Source of the DNA: Candidatus Eremiobacteria bacterium
GTDB lineage: Bacteria > Vulcanimicrobiota > Vulcanimicrobiia > Vulcanimicrobiales > Vulcanimicrobiaceae
Length of the DNA stretch: 64,000 bases
Reading direction: 5' to 3'
Assembly (NCBI GenBank): GCA_963758295.1
Contig: CAVWUU010000004.1
Span: 1,088,001-1,152,000, forward strand
The position numbers and the translations under genes were made by a program. Positions 58,701-64,000 of this stretch are shown here, in pieces (position 1 is the first letter of the stretch; each line of letters begins with the position of its first letter). The notes under the pieces were generated by a model that saw nothing but the letters and a program-made list of their open reading frames with translations, did no database searches and was not told the origin of the DNA.

Positions 58701-59820
58701 GACTACTGTCCGTGGTGTCGTACAACTGGACGTCGTAGGCTCCGGTCGGCGCCGTATTGGTAGATGGGCTGCTGAGGGGTCCCCAATACTGGGTCAAATT
58801 GCCGCCGAAGGCTTGGAGGCCGGCGACGGCGCCCGTAAAGCACACGGCATTATTGGTGTTTTTCGACGCGGTTGGAACCGTATATTCGCACGGAAGGCTG
58901 CTGCCGGCGGTATACACCCAGCCGATCGCGTAACTGTGCGCCGGATTCAAGCCGCTCGCGCCGACGACGACCGTATTGCCCGGCGTAAAGTCGTTCGTTA
59001 CCGCCGTCAAACCGAGATTCGCGTACGTCGAAAAATTGATCGCGGAGTTCGCGACGATTTCGGTTTCCGTAATCGGCGTGGCCGCATCGTAAAGGGCAAG
59101 GACCCAGACGCCCGGGTAAGCCGGATCCGAGTTGATCGTAGCACCGGCGTTGTAGCCGCCCCACGGCGTAGACAGGTTGAAGTTCGTGTAGGCGTTACAG
59201 TTGCCGTTCGCATCCGTATTGACGTTCTGCTTGTACGGGCCGCTGCCATCGGGCGGATAGATCCAATACGTATACGCATGGCTCGCCTTTGGCATGTTTT
59301 GGCAGTTGGCGTAAACGTCGGCGCCGTATGCGAGCGTGATGTCGTTCGTAAAGTAGTTCGACTGGTCGCCCGTGAGAATGATGGTGCTGCCGTCGGCGGA
59401 GAACGGACGAACCGGGCGGCCATGCAGACTCATCGTCGTAACGGGCCGCACGTTGCGAACGCCCCACGTATGCAAGCCGGTCTTCACTAAGAACTCGGAG
59501 AGCTTCTTGCGAACCGGCGGTTTTGGACCGTTTTTGTCGAGGATCCAGCGGCTGTTTACCGGACCCGCGGGCGCCTGAACATGGTCGGGAGCATTCGACG
59601 CGCCGGGTGAGGGCGAGGCCGAGGCACTCAGCGGCAGCGACGGCGTCCGCAGCGGCAGAGGATGCGCCGTGGGTCGATCGACGGGAGAAGCATCGATGGG
59701 ATGAGGCGTGAAAGGCGTTGCGCCTGCGATACGCGCACCGCCGAGCAGTCCGGCAACCGTAAAGGCGATTGCGGATAGCGTCAAACCGTATCGTGCGTAT
59801 CTAGACATCCTGTCTTTCAC
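55702..59820 (-). CDS. Large secreted adhesin-like protein (1372 aa) with a C-terminal pilin-like domain
   Basis: Signal peptide, T/N/G-rich Ig-like repeats, C-terminal VDFG..SWVLYV..TVTLTYTLVFN. Confidence 0.7.
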   Translation of the reverse strand: MKDRMSRYARYGLTLSAIAFTVAGLLGGARIAGATPFTPHPIDASPVDRPTAHPLPLRTPSLPLSASASPSPGASNAPDHVQAPAGPVNSRWILDKNGPKPPVRKKLSEFLVKTGLHTWGVRNVRPVTTMSLHGRPVRPFSADGSTIILTGDQSNYFTNDITLAYGADVYANCQNMPKASHAYTYWIYPPDGSGPYKQNVNTDANGNCNAYTNFNLSTPWGGYNAGATINSDPAYPGVWVLALYDAATPITETEIVANSAINFSTYANLGLTAVTNDFTPGNTVVVGASGLNPAHSYAIGWVYTAGSSLPCEYTVPTASKNTNNAVCFTGAVAGLQAFGGNLTQYWGPLSSPSTNTAPTGAYDVQLYDTTDSSLVSHQQISIEPSNLSWTLTPYNASGGTVQPTAFYNSTYATDGILDQSVQGLTYNATNLPATSNGDTIAVTVSDPNGVVLTQLQSYNYGSGALPILQNVPTAVQAGGAFTKQVAFPLNAVFEEAFGPTQNPFAPNVLTAQLYDQTKGIVLGSKSFQLLGYYANAAWSTNSILQAGTTPTIGNVTITNTGGTNFGSWNGDAISGLQIASITTDGESLGLSSTTAVDSAGNSWTITSSGVGVNTVITATPNQRNVGIPVGGTLSFNVTVTVPAGKCTTPCDLPTQVLPEHGIAYSAAGSASPNLQVLASGVNPNTVVPTIAWSVQSESATANMAARASKYGQLTYIYGTANSPTSDYYTVNLTLNNVVSAGNHRLSEVRLTFPSAVDLNAVVPTLVSGPAGYTWKLYSNTTANAAGVSPVAGANQNVIAIACKQTTVDGCGIAKGASGTFVIRFPLFKTSFTETDIAAVANFDKGNAYGNCGSCADAAYTLSPTSTTVNAIAGATNVDSSMLSAYSLNPTLMTMQFQPGTVGTGGGATSGNLVFTNTPASHDPNPDWVDEVNLTFPAGTDPASITVPAGWYSWETAAGSRQWVIALCPKPGPTNANPCSTNETANAIAPGGQLNMTVNWSAGPAAGNYNVGWYVTGANGGVDTSAMAQTTPITFSNTTASAAFTQINGAIVPNGTEPQVGADVSNGGSTFVYTVVNTGSTAIQGVTLTIPSATRSGTNGTDNATGNAGYFNITAAPTLTYSGGASGCTVAYTNVKPAGPVDGSITLTGCNIPKNGGTVNIVFVAQSPYLVGNEFTFPSTITSGGTNYATQPTYSAANVLSVILNGTLTLLTPNAGWVFPTQPNSVVPADATLTPQTNCVSCRVLAGSPTTVDFGVFNGTFNAADVLDASVRSDANNPNSWVLYVTTSPGTNPSNMLSADIDNGAGRSSSHAGFTLNQTTMTPVLTTTPGLQLANYSGNAYHGPLDSVMNFSVATGGNTSPQTVTLTYTLVFN

Positions 59821-59869
59821 CCACTCTTCCTAGATGGTGGCGGTTCGCAAAGCGAGCCGCATAAAAATT

Positions 59870-60652
59870 TTACTTAACCGAGAACGACGTCTGGCCGCCG
59901 GCCAAGTTCGCGCCGCCGAAATCGATAAGCGCGAGGGCGGTGTAATTTCCGGCGGGCAGATTATCGCTGTACGCCTGAATCACGCGTCGGCCGCCGCGCT
60001 CCACGAGCACTTGCGATTGCAGCGGCACTCGAGCGACGACGTCGTTGCCTTTGCGGATTTCGATCCGGCCGTTCAAATAAACGTGGGCGGTCCCCGTGTT
60101 CTTGAAACCGATCAGGAACCGTTCGCCGATCGACGTTTGCTTAACGGCGACGTCGTCAACCCGGCCGTCGATGCGAATCGAGTTGCCCGTATAAAGGTAA
60201 ATCTTCGAGGCTACGCGCTCCGAGAACGAAATGCCGCCGCCTTCGTGGCGTAACGGACGCGTTTGGAAGAACGCGATGCCGGAGTACTCGCCGGTGATGC
60301 CTTGCGGCACGTTCACCGTCAAGCGAATCAGTTGAAACGAATTCGGCGGAACGTCGAACTCTCGCGGGTTCACCTGCGCCCATGCGGCAAGTGAGTAGCG
60401 GCTGGAACCGGCCTTCGTGAACGTGTAGTCCCCGCCCGGAGTTACTCCGAAGTCGACCATCGACGTTTGAATGTGCATCGGTGCGCTGCCGCTATTCCGA
60501 ACCGTAATCGGAATCGTCTGCGTGGTGCCCGGCGCGACTTGCATTTCGATCTTCGCCGGAGCCACATCAAGGGAGAGATCCGCCGTTGCCGGATACGCCG
60601 AGGCAATGACGATGAGGACGGTCGCTATAGCAGCGATCAAATTCCTTTTCAT
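59870..60652 (-). CDS. Pilus-assembly chaperone-like protein (PapD/DUF916-like, two Ig domains)
   Basis: LDVAPAKIE..ITVRNSG..W..NP.EF.VPP..GEY.GIAFF..NTGTAH pattern; start MKRNLI. Confidence 0.7.
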   Translation of the reverse strand: MKRNLIAAIATVLIVIASAYPATADLSLDVAPAKIEMQVAPGTTQTIPITVRNSGSAPMHIQTSMVDFGVTPGGDYTFTKAGSSRYSLAAWAQVNPREFDVPPNSFQLIRLTVNVPQGITGEYSGIAFFQTRPLRHEGGGISFSERVASKIYLYTGNSIRIDGRVDDVAVKQTSIGERFLIGFKNTGTAHVYLNGRIEIRKGNDVVARVPLQSQVLVERGGRRVIQAYSDNLPAGNYTALALIDFGGANLAGGQTSFSVK

Positions 60653-60705
60653 ACCACCCGTCATATTCGGCTAGACGTCTCTCTCCTATTAGATGCTTGG
60701 CAGCC

Positions 60706-61461
60706 CTAGTTCGCGATGAACTGCAGGGTCATGACGGCGGAAATGTTGTTTCCCGACGCAGCCGTGCTCGCGACGTTGAGCTGGAGGTCCTCGCCGCCGA
60801 TCAGCGGTGCGCCCGCTGCGGTAGCGTTGCTGATGAACACCGAGCCCGCCGGCGCTGCCGACGAGGCATATTCACCGGTGTAGGCTGCCGCCGGCTGAGC
60901 CGGCGCCGCGCCGGGGTTCGTGATGGCACCGGCGTTGGTGAGGTTGGCACCGCCAGCGGCGCAAGCACCGGCGTAAGCAGCCGGAGCGGCGGCCCACGCA
61001 GTGGTCGTGATGGCTGCCGCCGGGGTTACCGGGAACGTCTTCGCCGCGTTGTTAGGGAACGCGCAAAGGTTCGTGCCGGCCGGAAGCGCGGCGTCGAGGT
61101 ACTGGTTGACCGCGAAGCCGTTGCTGTCGTTCGTTTGAACCGACACGCCGACGGCGTTCTGGTAGTCGCAGCTCTGCGTGGAGCCAAAGGTCGGGGTAAC
61201 CGTGCCGAACTGGAGGTTCAGGTCGGTGTTCGTGGTGGAGGTGCCGCAGCCGCCGGCGGGGTTAGCGCCGAGGGTCGCGTTGGCGCCGCCGAAGGCGAAA
61301 GCCGCCGTGTAATTCGTGTGGACGACGGCATTCATGGCCACCGCAACGTTCCATTGCAGCTTGACCGAGCCGTACTGATTGACAGTCGCTGCCGCGAAGG
61401 CCTGGCTGCTCATTGCCGCCACGCTCGCCAGCATCGCTGCTAGGGTGAGAGCTCGCTTCAC
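60706..61461 (-). CDS. Putative major fimbrial subunit
   Basis: Strong RBS (AAAGGA), signal peptide, GSVKLQWNV N-terminal strand, 4 Cys, C-terminal AVMTLQFIAN. Confidence 0.65.
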   Translation of the reverse strand: MKRALTLAAMLASVAAMSSQAFAAATVNQYGSVKLQWNVAVAMNAVVHTNYTAAFAFGGANATLGANPAGGCGTSTTNTDLNLQFGTVTPTFGSTQSCDYQNAVGVSVQTNDSNGFAVNQYLDAALPAGTNLCAFPNNAAKTFPVTPAAAITTTAWAAAPAAYAGACAAGGANLTNAGAITNPGAAPAQPAAAYTGEYASSAAPAGSVFISNATAAGAPLIGGEDLQLNVASTAASGNNISAVMTLQFIAN

Positions 61462-61630
61462 TCGTGAAATCCTTTCTCGTGCAATTGCTTGAGGCTGGCG
61501 TCAACCGAGCCACGCAAAGGCGAACTATCCGTAGCTTGCCTCCGCTACTTTAGCTTCGGCAGTCACCACCAAGGTTGTGAGGCGCTTAAGCGAGCCCGCG
61601 GCTATTCTTTACTACCGGTTTACTGCGCCC

Positions 61631-64000
61631 TCACGGACCGATTACAAATGGCAGCCGCTCGCCGCGTTTTGTGAAGATTAGCCCATGGTAAGGCAGCGGG
61701 TGCTTGGCGCGAATCGTCAGCACGTAGATGTGGCCCTTGGGCGCAGGAAGCTCGATACTCTGGCCGTCCTCGAGGGCGATCTTGTCGCCGGGTTCCACAT
61801 TAGCCAGGATCTTCGCCAGCACGTGAACGACCTCGCCGGGCTTCGGGTTGGCCGGCGTGCCGCGAGCGTAGATCAGGGGCAGCGCGTTGCTGACGGTCAG
61901 CGACGTATCGGTTGAACCGCTCTTCTCGCCCTGAACCTCGATATGAACGGGATAATCGCCGTTGGTCACGGCAGAAGACACGACGATGCGAGCTACCCAG
62001 CCGTGTTTGGCGGGGTTGTACTTCAGCGGAATCGTTCCAAAGAGGTCCGCTTGGGCGGTCACCGAGCGTGGGTGCGCTTCATTAGTAGTAACGAAAAGAT
62101 CGACGATGCTGTTCGGGGGCGCTTTGTCCGGAATGAAAGACGCTTGAACGGCCGCGCTGCTGCCGCCGCCGAAGCTCATGACCACCTGTTTTGCCTGCGG
62201 TCCAATCTTGAAAGTCACGCCCGCCGACGCGCTTCCGCCGTTCACCGTGACCGGCCCATCGGGACCTTGAATAATGCCCTGGCCGTCGGGCAGCGTGTCC
62301 TGATCGACGCTCAGGGTGTACTGTCCGGGTGAGAGGTTATCGATAATGAAGTGCCCGTCGGCGTCCGTGATAGCAGCGTGCTGCCCAGGGTCGGCTACCA
62401 CGTAGACGTTGGTAGCTCCCACGAGATCGCCGAAGCCGGCGTCGGACGTGTACAGCACAACGCCCTCGATCGATCCCAGTCCGGTGAGCAGGAAATTCGC
62501 GGGACTGACGCCCCCCTGACCGACGACGACTTCACGCGACGCGTCACCGCTTACCGCCATCGTCGCCGGAAGCGAATCGGCCGCGACCGCGATTGTGTGC
62601 TTGCCGTTTGTGAGATGGCCGATCTGGTACGTACCGTCGGCGCCGGTATATCCGCGTTCGTTGTTGTCGACGACGAGCAGAACGTTTGGCGCCGGCACCG
62701 GTTTGCCCGCGATCATCTCGGTTACAACGCCGCCGATTCCGCCGAACTGGCCCGCCGAGAAATCGACGTTGGCGATCTGGCCGCCCTGGACCATGATGCT
62801 CTGCGAACTGGCGTCCGGAATTACGCCCACCGGCAGCGTGCCGGGTGATATCGTCACCAAATGCGGACCGGGTTTCACGAAGCGGAATTCGTACGATCCG
62901 CTCGCGTCGGTACGCTGCGTAAGTCCGCCGTCGAGCGTAACCAAAACGTTGGGAAAGCCGCGCTGCCCGGTAAGCCCGTACGACGTCGCCTCCGTTTGCA
63001 GGTAGACGTGACCCTGAATTACCGCCGGCAGATTGGGATTTGCACGTCCGCTGTACCGGGCGGCATTACCGATCGCGAGCGGGCCGACCACGTCGAAATT
63101 CAAATAAGAAGCTCCGCCGCCGTAAAGGCCGCTCTGCCGAGTCTTTCCGTACGTCGCCCGAATGCCGACGACCGGTGAAATTCGCCGCAGCAAACTGTAG
63201 GTCGTCGTAAACTGATTGCTCGATGCGAGCCCTTCGCCAAGAACGCCGTTATGAACGGCCTCGGCCGAAAACGAGAACTCCGCCTTTGCGCCGATCGGGC
63301 GGGTGTATTGCGCCATGGCGTCGGTCACGCGGCCGGCCGCTCCACCACTCTTCGTGGTTAACAAGTTCGTTTCGAACGTGGCGTAGCCGCCTAAGAGATC
63401 GTGCGAGAGCTGCGCCATGAATTGGGTTTGCGTGGCCGAACCGGCAAGCAAATCGTTCACGACGCTGCTCTGCGCGGACTCTTGTAAATTGAACCCGTGC
63501 GCCTGTTCGCTCAGTGTCAGCGCCATGTCATGTTCTTTAGCGACGTCGCCCTGCGCAGCGGTCGACGAAAAGTTCACAAGCCACTGCGAAGAGATATTCT
63601 TCGCAAGCGGCACGTTCGCGTTCAGCGTCTCATGCGTCGACCGGTTAGCAACGCCGCCGGTAACCGCGTAAAGATCGCCGTAGTCGAACGTCAGGACGCC
63701 CTGATGGAAGATCGGATTACGCCGCGTGAATTGGAACTGCGATTGCTCGTACTGCACCTGTCCCAAGGCGACATAGGCATCCGGAATGTGAGTGTAGTTA
63801 ATGCTGGTAGATGACGGACCGCTGTTAAAATTCAGGTTCGCTCCGTAGGCCAAGCGCAAACCGTCGGCAATGCCGGGAATTCCGCGAACTGAAGAGATGG
63901 CTGTTTCCAGCCGCAACGTCTTCGCGCTCGTAAATCGGGTGTACGCAAGGTCGAGCGTGCCGGCCGTACCGTGAGATTGATCGCCCATCGCGTCGTAAAG
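61631..64000 (-). CDS. Usher-like outer-membrane protein with three carboxypeptidase-regulatory/SdrD-B-like domains (partial, open to the right edge)
   Basis: Amphipathic beta-strand region, then three I.G.V..NV..TD..G.Y/F..PG...LP repeats; reading frame open to 64000. Confidence 0.65.
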   Translation of the reverse strand, partial: LYDAMGDQSHGTAGTLDLAYTRFTSAKTLRLETAISSVRGIPGIADGLRLAYGANLNFNSGPSSTSINYTHIPDAYVALGQVQYEQSQFQFTRRNPIFHQGVLTFDYGDLYAVTGGVANRSTHETLNANVPLAKNISSQWLVNFSSTAAQGDVAKEHDMALTLSEQAHGFNLQESAQSSVVNDLLAGSATQTQFMAQLSHDLLGGYATFETNLLTTKSGGAAGRVTDAMAQYTRPIGAKAEFSFSAEAVHNGVLGEGLASSNQFTTTYSLLRRISPVVGIRATYGKTRQSGLYGGGASYLNFDVVGPLAIGNAARYSGRANPNLPAVIQGHVYLQTEATSYGLTGQRGFPNVLVTLDGGLTQRTDASGSYEFRFVKPGPHLVTISPGTLPVGVIPDASSQSIMVQGGQIANVDFSAGQFGGIGGVVTEMIAGKPVPAPNVLLVVDNNERGYTGADGTYQIGHLTNGKHTIAVAADSLPATMAVSGDASREVVVGQGGVSPANFLLTGLGSIEGVVLYTSDAGFGDLVGATNVYVVADPGQHAAITDADGHFIIDNLSPGQYTLSVDQDTLPDGQGIIQGPDGPVTVNGGSASAGVTFKIGPQAKQVVMSFGGGSSAAVQASFIPDKAPPNSIVDLFVTTNEAHPRSVTAQADLFGTIPLKYNPAKHGWVARIVVSSAVTNGDYPVHIEVQGEKSGSTDTSLTVSNALPLIYARGTPANPKPGEVVHVLAKILANVEPGDKIALEDGQSIELPAPKGHIYVLTIRAKHPLPYHGLIFTKRGERLPFVIGP

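Noticed and set aside
61462..61630. Possible c-di-GMP-I riboswitch upstream of the major pilin-like gene
   Set aside because: Only fragments resemble it (AGCCGCGGG, CTGCCGAAG). The GCAAA..GAAA..GGGACGCAAAGCC core is not recognisable; an Rfam scan would be needed.

Overview
A GC-rich (roughly 60% by eye) bacterial chromosomal window made mostly of housekeeping genes: uppP, a tonB/exbBD cluster, DAHP synthase, rluB-like, rho, rsmA, tilS-hpt-ftsH, smpB, moeA, serS, kup, kynA-kynU, suhB and tRNA-Ser(UGA). It combines diderm traits (TonB-ExbBD, a GT9-like glycosyltransferase) with Terrabacteria traits (Gram-positive-type LexA box, yabE/rpfB-ksgA and tilS-hpt-ftsH synteny), which suggests a diderm Terrabacteria lineage such as Eremiobacterota (inference). 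Main signals: (1) a complete ribosome-mediated attenuator (promoter, leader peptide with Tyr-Tyr-Tyr, alternative hairpins, terminator) in front of an uncharacterised heme-oxygenase-like diiron enzyme, hinting at an undescribed route to tyrosine; (2) a perfect LexA box inside a near-consensus sigma70 promoter driving a degenerate RNase-H-like gene plus an alkylpurine glycosylase; (3) a six-gene non-canonical chaperone-usher-like fimbrial locus at the right end; (4) a structured leader of about 200 nt before yabE/rpfB-like-rsmA; (5) two arrays of one CGTC-type REP-like repeat (7 x ~46 bp and 9 x ~164 bp). Six small indels break tilS, hpt (two), kup, kynA and suhB and most likely reflect assembly error. 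All product calls are from motif recognition by eye, with no database searches.
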